Shown piece after piece: positions 39,690 through 53,351 of a stretch of DNA of 64,000 nt. The stretch's first letter is position 1. Each line of letters starts with the position of its first letter. The notes beneath the pieces are model-generated. The model did no database searches. It saw only the letters and a list, made by a program, of their open reading frames with translations, and had not been told where the DNA came from. The translations under genes and the position numbers were made by a program. This DNA comes from Bugula neritina. Lineage: Eukaryota; Animalia; Bryozoa. The DNA lies in assembly GCA_964035545.1 (NCBI GenBank), contig OZ037765.1:5714698-5778697 (forward strand), read 5' to 3'.

Positions 39690-42600
39690 CTAAATTAACT
39701 TGTCAAGTGCCTTTTGTAGGTCCATGTCACAGGCCACCAATGCATCCTTTATTTTATCATTGCTGAAACCAAATTCTGAGAGTTTCTGATGAGCTTTCAC
39801 AAACTGTTCCGCCTGGAAATTAAAAGATTTCATCATATCAACACCAGTCTTGAAACTCATGAGTTAAGAAAACAATAATCAAATAACAAAATACAAATAA
39901 CAAACAAGAGTAAATTAACTGCAGTACCTTCTCGGAATCATTGGGATAGGAAAGAACAGCTTGCTCTGCAGTCTGCCAGTTGGCGCCATTGACTGTCACC
40001 TTCTGTACTGCACACAAGTGCTCCACCAGCTAAACAGATTAAGTTATACATTCAGCAATGGATGATAGTATTGTGACTGCCTTTTTAATAGTACTAATTT
40101 TAGTTGAGTTTAGTAAGGCCCCACAATGATAAAACATAAAATTACATTCAAATATAACTAAAACAGACATAGACATGATGGTGGTTACATTTTATCTATT
40201 AAAACTAACTTTATATTATAGAAATTTATAGCAGCAACAATTAACTTTATACTTCAGCAACATATGTACATATTCTGGCATAGTTGATTTGCATACACAA
40301 ACCTGTTTCATGTCAGAACCAACGAATTTAATAGCAGAACAAATCTGAGCTCTCTCAAAGCCCATAGAAAGCAAAGACTGCTCTACCTGGGGGTCTGTGC
40401 TCTAGAAACAAGAATACAATGGAAGTTAGTAATGAAACTTTAGAAGCACAAGAATGTTTGTTTGACCTCAAAACATCAGAATACATACGGAAACACATCT
40501 TTAATAGCCTGAAATGAAAAATAGATGAGATAAGAGCATTTAATTTAAGCAAGTACCACTTGAGCATAGTAAAGCTAGTGAAGAGCGAGTAGCATAAAAC
40601 ATTAACGGCATCTTTTAGCTTTGCACCTGTCACCAAATAGAAGAATTTTTGAACACACCTGATTGAGAAGCAGTTGGATGTTTGAAAGCAAGACATGTGA
40701 AGTCTGCAAAGTTACCAACAAACATATTTTGGAGAAAAATACATATAAGAATATCTAATTGAGCTAAAAAGTGCTTATCTCGAAACATCAAGTCTTTGTT
40801 TTTTAAAGAGCCAGCAATTGTAACTTTTGTTGCAATACAAAAAACTCTTTGTAAAAAAAGATTACAACTCACTGCTTCTGCATATGCGTGGTTAGAATGG
40901 GAAACAGGAGGTGCAGTTGTAGAGACAGAGCTTGGTAGTGCAGTTCTAGACACAGGGCGAGGTGGTGCAGTTCTAGACACAGGGCGAGGTGGTGCAGTAG
41001 TAGACACAGAGCTTGGTGGTGCAGTTCTAGATGCAGGGCGAGGTGGTGCAGGTGTAGACACAGGGCGAGGTGGTGTGGGTCTACATGGTTTATTTTTCTT
41101 CATATCTTTGTTCAGCGTGTTTTCAAACGGAGGCATTTGTGCTCCTACTGAACTGCCTAATTCATCTCCCATAGTGCCGGTACTGCTTTGTGGAAAAGAG
41201 GGCATAGTTCCTTCTGAATGTGGTGTTGGGGTCAACGATGGCCACTCAATACTTTGAACTTGATGATTCTCATTTGAAGATGGATGATTCATGGTTGCGG
41301 AGACATATGAAAAACCTTTAGGTGCACCGGGTGGTCGAAACATTGACTTACCTAAATCTTTCTGCAGAGCATTTGCTAGCGAGTGTACTTTACTATCAGA
41401 TTTAGCAACTTCATTCACTGCGGATGCACTACCTAACCCGGTATTATTAGCTTTCAAGTCAACTTTAGGTTTGGGTTTCGTTACTGGAGGAGGTTTGGGT
41501 TTTATATTTGGCTTTTGCTGAGCACTAGAAGAAGATACGCCAATGTTAACCGTATCAGCACCAGGACTAAACTGCACAGAAGGCAATGGTTTACCGCCAT
41601 TCAAGTCATTGTGTACTGATGGAGTTTCCACTGGCACTTGTTGCTGATGAGTGGTATTACTTTCATTTTGAATTTGTAGCTGATTAGAAGGCAGCATATC
41701 CCCATTAGCACTGACAGAGACTTCTGCTGCACCATTGCACATTTCCTTTTGTAGAGGTGGTGGAGTTTGAACACTGGAGTCAGCTGATATGGCAGCTGAT
41801 GATGAACTATGCTTGGCAATAGAGCCAGCCTTTGATAGTTGTAATGCTTGGGTATTGGCCAGTACAGATTCTAACTCTTTCATATCGTTAATCGTCTTCA
41901 ACTCAAGATTGTCAAAAGGATCCTCTGCTAAATTCTCAAAATCTTGTACATTGACATAATATGGGTTTGACTCTCTTTTGCTGCTCGAGCTTTCAGCCTC
42001 CGGTGAGACACGCTGAGGAAGTAAAATGGTGTCAGATATGACAGGTGCTATAGAAACGGGTTTTGTATTTTCCAGTTTATTGGTTGAATAATGAAGAGAA
42101 TTTGCTAGGGATTGAGCAGGTGGGGGGTTCACCGCTTTGGCTGCTTCCTCCTTCTGTTTGTCGGCACGTTTTTTCTCCTCTATTTTCTCTTCTTTTAACT
42201 TAGCCTGTGCTCTTTCTGCTTGAACAAAGTCTTCGTGCCATTGAATGTAGCCTTTCTCGGTTGTATACTCATACTACATAAATTAATATCATATCAAAAC
42301 ACAGCAATCTTTTCATATTTTACAGAATAGTATTTTGAAATATGATTAGAATGTTGAACACAATGAAGCTAGCAGTAATATGCTAGTATTACGTACCTTA
42401 AAGTTAAATACTTTTGATTGAGCTACATTAAATCTCAGAGGAGGCAAGACATCCTGAAAAATACATTTGCTGTTTTATTTGTAAATGACTGATCAATTCA
42501 AGAGATACGTGATGTATGTTTACAATATCATTCAGTAACAGACAAATAATTAAGTTGACTAAGATTAGTTTATAAATCAAACCCGTTTGGGTGCTTTAGG

Positions 42601-43102
42601 CCTGAAGTTCTCAGCAATTCGCATAGGTACACCATCCAGAACATAATGTGTAGCTAAAATATTATATCTAAAGGTACAAAGTCTATTAATAAAATGTCAT
42701 AAATGTTGCTTCTCTGACATGTTCTGTTAAACCACATTTCTTCTTGTGAAAATGAAAAATAATTGTTGTTACAATAATTTCTCTTTATTGTAGCCTGGCG
42801 ATGACCAACAACTTTAGCTTTGACTCCAACAGCTAAACCATAGATCTCTGCTTCAGACAACAGCTTTTATCAATCTCATTACAAAAGATAATCTGGAATT
42901 TCCTACACAACTTGCCATAAATTTTTATTCAACACAATTTTTATATACTTTGGAGCTATTAAAAAAATTCAACATATGACTAAAGGAAGTAGATTGTTAA
43001 CAGAAAATAAAGCTAAATATTATTATTAAAACATTATGTTAGGTTTTACTAAGCAATACTTCACTTACCATTGGTAACTGATATCCAGGGATCATTTGCC
43101 AT
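39690..43102 (-). CDS. UBAP1: Ubiquitin-associated protein 1 (ESCRT-I subunit; UMA and SOUBA domains). Exons approx. 43069-43102, 42583-42653, 42397-42453, 40873-42275, 40302-40381, 39928-40029, 39690-39812
   Basis: UMA-like YVLDGVPMRIAENFRP; conserved DFENLAEDPFDNLELKTINDMKELESVL; C-terminal UBA-like FVKAHQKLSEFGFSNDKIKDALVACDMDLQKALDKLI*. Confidence 0.85.
40908..41075 (-). repeat. Coding 27-bp (9-aa) tandem repeat (APPRPVSRT-like) x ~6 in UBAP1
   Basis: Repeating acagggcgaggtggtgcagttctagac units. Confidence 0.9.
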
Positions 43103-46100
43103 TCTCAATGACTACAGTTGAGAGCTGAAATGATTCTGTAGCATTAAATTACAGGCAAAAAATTCTATCACCCTTTCATAGTATCACACTTGTCTGCAAA
43201 ATTTAAATTAAAGAACCAAACTAGAAGTTGAGACTTGAAAACTTTATGATTGGCATTTATAGCCACAGACTATACTTCACATCGAGAAAGTCTATTACAA
43301 AATAAGTAAATGAAGCATTAGATAGATTTAATAACAGGCCAAATTCAAAATAAAATTTCAAGTTCCTAATAATTGAAAATTATCGACTCCTGTGTGAAAG
43401 TTGAAGCATGTTTCAGTGACAGAAAACTCTAATTATTGCTTATTTAAGTAAAATGAGTTTATAGGAGCATAAATATTCTTATTATTTGCAAGTGCAAGCC
43501 TTAAGAAAGGAAAAGCCTATATACACAATAATTTCTGAATGTTATAAGCAAAATTTATCAAGTAATCCTCAAGATAACAAAATGATACTAAATAAGTAAA
43601 AATCTATTTGCTGGAATTTTTAGTAGCACTAGGATAAAGTTGGGGGATTTTTGTTGACTTGTGAAATGGTTTTGCATATAAAAAAAGTTTAACTATCCAA
43701 GCAGCAACCTCATACAAAAACTAGATTCATGTAAATAATACTATCACTAATTTTATATTAGTGCTTCAACAATTTAGTAAATCTACTTGAGTCATAAAAT
43801 TTTGAGTACTTGATTAAAAAATACTAAAGCTAGATTTAGGACCTAAAATTATAGACTTTGACTTTGACACACAACAATCGTAAAGACCCGTCAAGATGAA
43901 GAATAGCACAAGCTTACTTTAATATATATGCATTCTCAAATATATTTGAAGAGAACTTTCCCCAAAAATAATACTGAATGAAAATTTTACTAAATGATAA
44001 CTAATATGAAGCTAAAGCACCCTGTTTTCCCATCTGATGTGCTTTGAAAACTGAAACTGAATATGATAGTATAACTTATAGTTATAGTTATACTATCACA
44101 TTCACTATCACATTTACCCTATGCCTAGGCTCATAATCATAGGACTAGGCGTTACTAACAACTCTCTTACTATTAGTGTATTACTATAAGTATAAATCTT
44201 TAGTGATACTGATACTGAAAGTGAATGTGATAGTATTATTATATAACTTATAGTTATACTTATAGTTTAAGTTATAGTTATACGATCACATTCAGTGATT
44301 CACTATCACTACTTTAACTTAGTACTTATACAGTGAGTTATAGTTATACTTATAGTCACTATAACTATAAGTATAACTTATAGTTATAAGTATAAGTATA
44401 ACTTATAATGTAGTGCATAACTATAGTCTACAACTATAAGTATAACTGTATAAGTATTCTGTAAGTGTGTTACTGTTAATATTCATATTCATATTGTAAT
44501 TTAAATTTTTATTACACTTAACTTAATCTTATACTAATACTTATAGCTAGCTAGAGTAGGCATAAAATTTAAATTCCAATACAGAAGTACTCCATATTTA
44601 ATAATTTACATTAGGTATTCCCACAAACCCGTTAAACAAAACATAAATGATTCACTTCCACAATGATGATGACTAAGAATAAGTAAAGGTTTTGAGTTGC
44701 ACATCGAAATTTCCCCAGGAAACTGATTGACCTTCTGCAACTTTAATTTAAATTAATAGTATAAGCACTTGAATACTGCTAGCAGATCAATGGTAAACTT
44801 TATAAAATACTCTTTACTAGAATCGCTAAAACTTTAAATTATTGAGCTGTGTTTTACTAACGGAGTTATCCTTTCCTGCAAAAGAAGTTGAGGGAGTAAT
44901 TGTACCAAACTTCAGGTTCTTTTGAAATGTTTTAAGTAACTTGGCAATTTATTACTGCACATTATTTTCATAGTATAATATTTTCAAAACGCTGTATATT
45001 ATATAGTGTTCTAGCAATATGCAATGACCAATGCACATTTAATCAAAGCTTGCTCTAAGACCCTGATTCTATTACCTGTACTTATAGCAATATATTATAC
45101 TACCATAATATTTTTGTATGGATGTTTCACTTAACCTGAATACTATGTGCATGGAAGCTGTCACACTAGTGCTAATCGCTGTTCTATTATCTAGGTTGCT
45201 GCAGATGCTAGAAGTACATCATAGTATGGGAGTAGTTGGTCATTACATTGAAAACTTAATTGCTGTACATACCAGTCTCAAAAGCTTAGCAACAAGAGAA
45301 GGGCACTTGCAATACAGTAAATACACCGATATTGTATTTAATGAGATTATTTTACTCCAAGACAATTTTCTGCAACATCAAGTAGCACAATCACACAACT
45401 GCATAAAATCTACCTAATCATAATGGTTAGGCTGCAATTAAATTAAAATCTTCAACTTAATGGACTTCCATTTAGCAGGTCTCTAGCTACAAGCACTGAT
45501 GTCGGACAAAAAATTTCAATTCTTCAGCCAGCAGTATCTTCCACATACTACAGATTTCTAAATAACAGGGCTCAACTTTTTAATGTAAGGACTAAAGTAG
45601 CCATCTTCTGCATGTCTAGTGGGATAATTACTATACAACTATATTTCAGTAGTTGTATGGCATTTTTATTTTGTGTTACCATCACTTTAATGCCAACCAA
45701 CAATAGTCCAAATAGTAATAATGCATGCAATATGTGAAAAAACTACAAAATCAGCTACAAATTCAAACTTCATAACATAAAAACTGTAACAAAACACATT
45801 TAATCCATTGTCTTTATTTGTACAGAAATATTTTACCAAAGATGTTGAAAGCTTTTAATCATTTTTAAAAGCATATATAAAAAATATCAGTTACCAATAA
45901 ACGCACAGACAATAGAAGTTTCATAATCTAAAACTACGAAATTATGTTTGTACATGATATATACATAAATCATGATAAAATGTGTGTAAAATATACAAAG
46001 AATTTGTAAGAAATTTGCATTCTATAATACACAAGCTTCAATCTCTTCGCAGTGAAAAGATATTAGCATCTGAGCCATTGTAATCAACAAGTCAAATAGT

Positions 46101-46113
46101 AGTGATGTGCACT

Positions 46114-49100
46114 CTATGTAGTATCGAGTCTTATCAACCTAAGTTTGTTACTATCAGCTAACACGCAGGCAGCATCATTGCTGCCGCCACAGTAACCTGA
46201 AGAGGAAAATACAGTCAGCAGTTTGCCTCTCTGTTGAACCTAAACATAAACAATACAAGTCACAGACAGGGAGAAAGAGCTTACGCTGTATATAATAACA
46301 GTAGAATATTAGAATGAGCTAACGTTGTATATAGTCACTGTGTTTCCATTTTTATCGCATTATGCGAATGGATGCTTATATGGATGAATTTATGGTTGCA
46401 GTTTGCATAAACTTGTAATTGTGGTTTCACTTAATGCAACTGTTTCCAAACATCCAATAAAAAGTCTATTTACATAATGCAAAGCTTGTAAACGCAGTGT
46501 ATAACAATATAACAAATATTATCACACACAAACCTGGAAGCCACTCTGTTGAACCTCGTGTGCACGAATAACATGCGACAGTCCATTTCTTGTTAGGAAA
46601 CCCATCAAAGCCTCGACATTCCAGAAGAAGGCAGTACCTAAAACAAAATTTAGCAATAAGATGAAACTTCAGTATGTAATATACACAGTGGAGTCACAGG
46701 TGAAATATGTAAAACTGTATATACACAGTGGAGACACAGGTGGGATATGTAGAACTGTATATACAGAGTGGAGTCACAGGTGGGATATGTAGAACTGTAT
46801 ATACACAGTGGAGTCACAGGTGGGATGTGTAGAACTGTATATACAGAGTGGAGTCACAGATTGAGTTCAGAAACAACCAATAGAAAGTTAAGAACACACG
46901 GAACAAATGACCTTCAGTTTATATATTTATGTACATCCATCATACCTCTACGAGAGTTGAAGACGAAACCATTATTTGATTTCAGCTCCTTCTCTTCCTC
47001 TTCAGAAAACTGATAAGAATTGTTAACCGGGTCACTCCACATGATCTCCCAGGCCAAAGGACTTTCAAACTCCGGGTCAGACAAGGGGACTGGGATGTCG
47101 TCAATTGCATCCAGCATACCATCACCATGTGCTATGGATGGAATGCCTCCATGCACACAGAATATCTGCAAACACGTTCTGATACAACAATCCAGTTGAA
47201 GTCAGCCAATAAATACAAGACAAAGTAAAATATCAACAAATCAAATTTGACCTAGAATTTGCCTATAACAAGCTGCTCATGTACTATTTACTTTGGGCGC
47301 CTATTGATGACATATTATTGCCAACCTAACACTTTGCTATCCTAATGACCCATTTACCTTGTTGTCTATGACAGCGGCTAGAGGCATGACATCAAAGCAT
47401 TCGTTGATGGTGTCCCACACTTTCAGGCCAACCTGGTCTCCAAACTTTTCGAGACACTCTCGCTTGAAGTTAAAGTTCTCTTGTACAGACCTCAGCTCGT
47501 GATTCCCACGTAACAGAAAGAACTTACTAGGAGCCAAGACTTTTTGTGAGAAAAGATAAGAAACTACCTGAAAGAAAGCGAAGCGTCCAAGTAACTTTTT
47601 TGAAGTATGATATTATCAGTAAGAATTAACTTCACAAAGTGACTTTCATGTTGACATTACAGGAGCAGCCAGAGCACTGTAGCCTTTATTCCTACACACA
47701 TCTCTATACCGTATGCCCCCCCCCCCTACACATACCTCTATACCGTATGCCCCTCTATCCACATAATCTCCAAGGAAGAGGAAAGATGAAGGGGTCACCA
47801 AAGGGCCCATTCTCCACAAAACCTTCTCAAAGCACACCAAATCATGGTAGTTGCCATGTATATCACCTGCAATGCAGTGGGAGAGGTGAACAACTGCTCC
47901 TTAAACTAAATAATCAGATCTTTCATTGGTTGCAGTTGAAAAGAGCAGAGAGATTACATCCTCACATGACGCGTCAAGAGAAGACAACTTACCGAGAATA
48001 TAGACAGGGGAGCGAAGTCTGAGTAGCCTGGATTCAGTTCTCAGGAGATCCTTCAGCTGTTCACACATGGCCAGCAGACACTTGGCAAAAGCAGTCATAT
48101 CAACTTCTCCCCAGTCAAATGCTTTCTGTAACACACATACATGCGTGCGGTAGGTGAACTCTGACAGAACTACAAGGTGTTGAGGTGGACATGAACTTAC
48201 TACCTCAACATGGCACAAACTGGAACAGAATGTGAAGCCTACCTTCTCTTGTAGCGTGTCAGCGCCTGGCTTCTTCTTGATGGCCATCTCAAAATACTTC
48301 AATCCAGAGAGCATCTCGTTAGCGTGAGAGCCCTGCAATGGTACACAGAGGACCAAGTATAGAGCTACACTGGCTATGCACAGTTGACATTTGAGAAATA
48401 TGGCTAGCAAGACTATAATAACCGAAAACCTGCAGCAGGACATGTGCAAAATATTATGACATTTTACTACTAAAAGTATAGAAAATCATAAGAAGTTTGT
48501 GAGTATAGAAAAGTATAAGTATAGAAGACAAACGTGAAAACAGCACTTGTTTAACTCACCAAAAGTTTTAAGAAATAGTGACTGAGATTAAAAAATGAGC
48601 CTGTAGAAGCAATGCATACAACTTACTTTATTGAATGAGCCTGTAGAAGCACTGCATGCAACTTACTTTATTGAATGAGTCTATGGAGGCATATCTACTG
48701 TATCTCATCTTCTCCTTTTCCAAGTCCTGTGATGTCATTGAGCTGAAAGCATCCGTATCCTTCAGGTCCCACAATGCCTTCACGTCTATGAGAGCTCCTG
48801 AGCGACGCACTTTGACGGTGTGAGTGGCCAGCTCGTAGGGTCTCTCACTCAGGTAGCCCTGGTCGTTGTTTGCAGTCAGCATCAGGTCTGAAACATATGA
48901 AAGCAACTCAGTCTAACTGTGGCAGCTAGTGAGCAGGCAGCTAGTGAGCAGGCAGCTGGTGACAAGGCGGATGAGGAAAACTAATTGTAGAAGTTAGAGT
49001 TAACTGTAGCATTATCATGAAATAATTTGCTTGCTTTTGGTTTAAAAAATCAATTCACCATGTAGAGCAGTTGAAGAGCATATTGCAACTGCACTGTTGA

Positions 49101-52100
49101 ATCCATACGGTGTAAAAATACGGATATCAAAGCTACTACATTCTATATATTTATATAATATTATTTAAAGCCCACCATTTTGAGACATCTGAGTTGATAA
49201 AGCACGGCCATAAAGAGGTGTAAACTCTTTCTTGGTACGTTTATTTGGAGGAGAAGTAGAGCGTGGACTCCCCGGGCTTCTGGGTCTAAAACATAGGAGA
49301 AGAGTTGTGACCAAAACACCAACACATGTCAGTTAGCCGTGTTGAGAGAATAGATAACTTCAAATGTCTTTTCCAGTTCCCAATTTAGGACTGACTTTAG
49401 TTTTAAGCTGTCTATAAAAATCTTATTATTCTAAAAGAAATGACATTACATGACTTCTATTTTGATACTTCAACAGCAAAAATTTACATTATCTGGGTCA
49501 TGCATTACTGTGAAAAATGATATGCTGCACCATGTTGATGGATGTTTTTAGAACTCTGCTGATCCAGCCATAAAAAGTGTATTCTATAGTATGGCTACAT
49601 TATGTATCGCCAACGTATAAAACTACTTGCCCAGTGAGAAAGGATCGAGGTGACCGAAAGAGTACTGAAGTACCACGGAATTTCAATTGGCCAACTGTGG
49701 TGAGGAAATCATTCAGAGGCAACTCCAAAGTATCCCCTTCTTTGTAATGTGAGCAAAACTTCCTGTAAGACCAGCAATCAGATGAAACAAGCAGCGTATC
49801 AGCAACACAGCTGCGCTAATTGATACCTGGGTCATTTTACTTAATTTAGTACACACTATGTAACTCTAGCTTTTAGCTATTTTTCACAGTTTAGCAGCTA
49901 ATATATATATATAGTGTCTTGCATTAAATTGACAAAATATCAACATATACAGCCGAATAATTAAGGGTTTTTTATTTTGCTTGATTTTCTATGTTTTTTT
50001 CTCCTTTTTTTAGCAAATTTAGGTGTGCAGGCCGTGATGGAAAAACCGTCACAGTCTGCACATCCTAAATTACTAAAGAAATATAGTAACTAAGAAAAAC
50101 TGAATCAACACAAGAGTCAAGTGATCTTTTTCTACCACTTGGTCTATTGGTTATAGAGAATGTAGCAGAGGCTTACATTGCACTGGCTACGACATCTTCA
50201 TGCAGAGCGTCATCAGTGACTGGCTGTTTCTTCTTAACTCTAATGTCGTGTATCATTGACCTGTAGAGATATAGAAATGATGATGATGGATGAAACATTA
50301 ACTCAGGTCATTTCCTCACCTGCACGCATGTAAAATAATGGAATGTATCAATGAAATAATAGAATGCATGCCACACATTTCAGACTATAACACAAATATT
50401 AGTCCACAGAAATTTTCAACTGTTTTTACAGTAGATGTACTAAAATCTAAACTCAAATGAGATATTTGTTTAAAATATGAAATGTAACAGTTGATTGAAG
50501 AAATAAGCAAAATGAACACTTTTATCATGAAACTACGTAGAAAAAATTCTTAGTCCAAATGCCATTAAGTAGGATGTTTCTGGCTGACAAAAAGTTGTTT
50601 ATATAGAATAGGCAAATATGTAAATACAAAGTGTTTGCTATAAAAACATACACATGTACAAAGTTTACTGACACAGACTGACCTACACACTTAACAGGTT
50701 ATATTGTGGCATGTCTTCCAAGTTTAGATGAACGGAAATTACATCTCATATAAATATACAACAATGTCTATGATTGGTTATAATTGCAATTTATAACCAA
50801 TCAGCACAGAGATGACAAAATGTTACATGGGAATTACTACAGGATTATCCAAGCACCAACACCATCAACATAGTAGTATTTCAAACATTTCAATAAATAT
50901 ATTAAACAGTTGGCACTCAACGCTGTTAAATCGCTCGATAAGAAAAATGTACCAATTCATGCAAATGCATTCATACCTAAACTCTTGTAAGTTGAAGACA
51001 CCGTCACAATCAGCATCATAATATCTGAATATATATCTGCATCTGTACTCAGCGGGACTGCCTCCGTGGGGAGTTGTCGGCTCTAGACATGCCAGGCCAA
51101 TCAGGGTGTCTAGCCAAGTGAGAAAGCCTCGTCGATTAGTATCAAACGCTCTAAATTATATATCATCATACAGTATCGGTTATATAACATTAGTATATCG
51201 TCATACAATAGCAATGGTATATATTAAAATACAAACAACAAATCTAAGATTTAAAAAAGAGTGAATAAAGTTCATATATTAAAATTGATTATCTAAAGTC
51301 ATTGCTCTTTTTGATGGTGTATTCAGAAAAGTATAAGGATTCTAGTATTTATAACAGCACGTGAGTCATCATGTCTAGACAGCAAATGTTTGAGTCAGCA
51401 TCAAACAGAACTGGCAGCATTAGAAGGTTGATATATTAGTAAAAGTTAATGAAGTTATAGTTGTTAGTAATAGTGATACACTTTAGTAATAGTTACCTGA
51501 AGTAATCTGTTATGTTACTAGTTATGTCAATAAATCCAAGCCTCTTCATCAATATTTGGAACTGAGACATGTTGAGAGATTGACTGGGGAAACTAACATC
51601 CAAATATTCTTTGTACAGTAGCTCTTGTTCTAAGGATAACATACCAACACTTACCAAACATGTAATATATATATACTATCAGTAAGATGAATACAGTGTA
51701 GGTCAATAAACTAGATACATATGCATGCTATATCACAGGTGTTATCAAAACTTGCATCAATAAAAACACTACTTATAATGAGCATTAACTTAGTGCACTT
51801 TGCATCTATTTGTGTGATCATAAGGACTGAGTACAATGAATAACAGCATGACACTTCCCATTCCTTTACAGAATTGACTTAAATAGTAGAAGTACAGTAC
51901 ATTTATCCCTAGTATTCCACATGCAATAAAAATATATTGTGTAATACTAACAACAGCTGTCACAGTAACACTAACACTACACTGTATTAGAGTAACACTA
52001 ACACCACACTGTATTAGAGTAATACTAACCTTTAGGGCCAAACTTTGCTGACTTCAAAAGCATGTTATACGGGGAGTGGTTTGACATCAAGTCATTGTCA

Positions 52101-53351
52101 ATAAACACATACTTGTTGTCTTCTATTAGCGAGACGTCGGCAGAGCGCCCGACTTCATTGGCCTCCAAATGAGTTAGAACTTCAACACCAAACAGTAGGC
52201 TGGACTGAGATCGGCCCTACACATTGTATAGAAGACATAAGGAACCTGAGCTAAATATGGCAAGTAATGTTTCTATTTAAACAGAAAAGATGTCTGTTGA
52301 TTTTCTTCAGCAAGTAGAAGCTGGTCATGAAATATGTAACATGGTTACAAAAGCTGACAGCTGAGGATTCACCATAAAATATAGACATAGTGTCCGTAGA
52401 AAATGCGAAGATATACTATATGCAATACTGGAAATATCTTACTAACAATTTTTCTTAAACTCTGACTATGCATTATTTTTATTCGCTATATGACAGAAAT
52501 TGGTAAAAACTGATATATATAATGTTAGTATGTATAGCGCTCCTGTATGTTTTAAATGTATTATCAGTAACATAATATATACAATTATATTTTAATAATA
52601 GCCAACGTCTATCAACACTTCTATTCGCTGAATGGGAAAGTCATGGACATTTAAATAACAACAGCTAAACTGAACAGACTGAGCACACTATCACCTGTTC
52701 AGCTAACTCTCGAATACGGGGTAGAGACAGCCAGGTTTGACCTGCGGGTGAATCTTCACTATCCTCTCCTTCTGGCAGAGTCATGTGATAGGTCACATGA
52801 CTTATATCACGGTCCAATGACGGGCTTTTACCGAGAGATACTTTTATAATCTCTTGAATGGTAACATTCAGCCCAAACAACTGAAAAAATGTATAAATAG
52901 TACAGTTAACTCAGTCTATCACCTTTCACCACCATGCCCTGATCGGGCAGCGGCCGTAAACTCAATCTGTGTACAGCAATTGTTTCAAGATTTGGCCCTC
53001 GTGAACACAGAACAAGGCACTATGGCAGGTGTAATTCTTTTTCAGCTCGAAACAAGACACATACAAGATTGGCGCTGTGACAAGCGAGTTTACCTCAAAG
53101 CCTAATCTCTGTGCAGCGGCTGTGCAGGTCTCGTTGCTCTGAACATCTGTACACGGCAGCCACAGTCCTTTGCCTTCATAGTCTCTTAACAAGTAGCAGT
53201 CATCTACTTTCCTCTTAACAATAACACTGACTATACTCTTGAGGCCCGAGACTGTGGAGCTGTGAGATACGGACTCCATCATATTGTCTCCATTACTACC
53301 CATCTGATCTGTAGCATCTCCTCCTCCAGAGAAGGATGCAGTAGAATCCAT
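46114..53351 (-). CDS. PPP-family Ser/Thr protein phosphatase with N-terminal degenerate Nudix-like region and EF-hands (~16-17 exons; internal boundaries approximate)
   Basis: Catalytic motifs GDIHG (~47855), GDYVDRG (~47760), RGNHE (~47505), VHGGI (~47150), IRAHE (~46565) and FSSSGYCG (~46200). EF-hands [14 protein letters not shown] and [15 protein letters not shown] (50977-51149). N-terminal [28 protein letters not shown] resembles a Nudix box. Confidence 0.85.
46336..46499. mobile_element. MITE (family A, copy 2)
   Basis: Collinear with 267-428 (tatgcgaatgg...atggatgaattt...gtttgcat) and carries the same TIRs. Confidence 0.7.
46678..46859. repeat. Minisatellite, 40-bp unit (GTATATACACAGTGGAGTCACAGGTGGGATATGTAGAACT) x ~4.5, intronic
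   Basis: Direct tandem repeats visible. Confidence 0.9.
48594..48679. repeat. 40-bp tandem duplication spanning an exon/intron junction of the phosphatase gene
   Basis: aatgagcctgtagaagca(a/c)tgcat(a/g)caacttactttattg occurs twice. Confidence 0.9.
49828..50110. mobile_element. Truncated palindromic MITE (family B)
   Basis: Begins TGGGTCATTTTACTTAATTTAGTACACACT like 54583-55006 and keeps the central hairpin; the right arm is mostly lost. Confidence 0.7.
51962..52030. repeat. Short tandem repeat (AGTAACACTAACAC(T/C)ACACTGTATTAG) x ~2.5
   Basis: Seen directly. Confidence 0.75.

Noticed and set aside
40796-41521. Gly-rich plus-strand ORFs
   Set aside because: Antisense reading of the Pro-rich UBAP1 repeat exon.
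46678-46859. CRISPR-like regular repeats (also 10966-11067)
   Set aside because: Head-to-tail units with no unique spacers, no cas genes and an intronic eukaryotic context; these are minisatellites.
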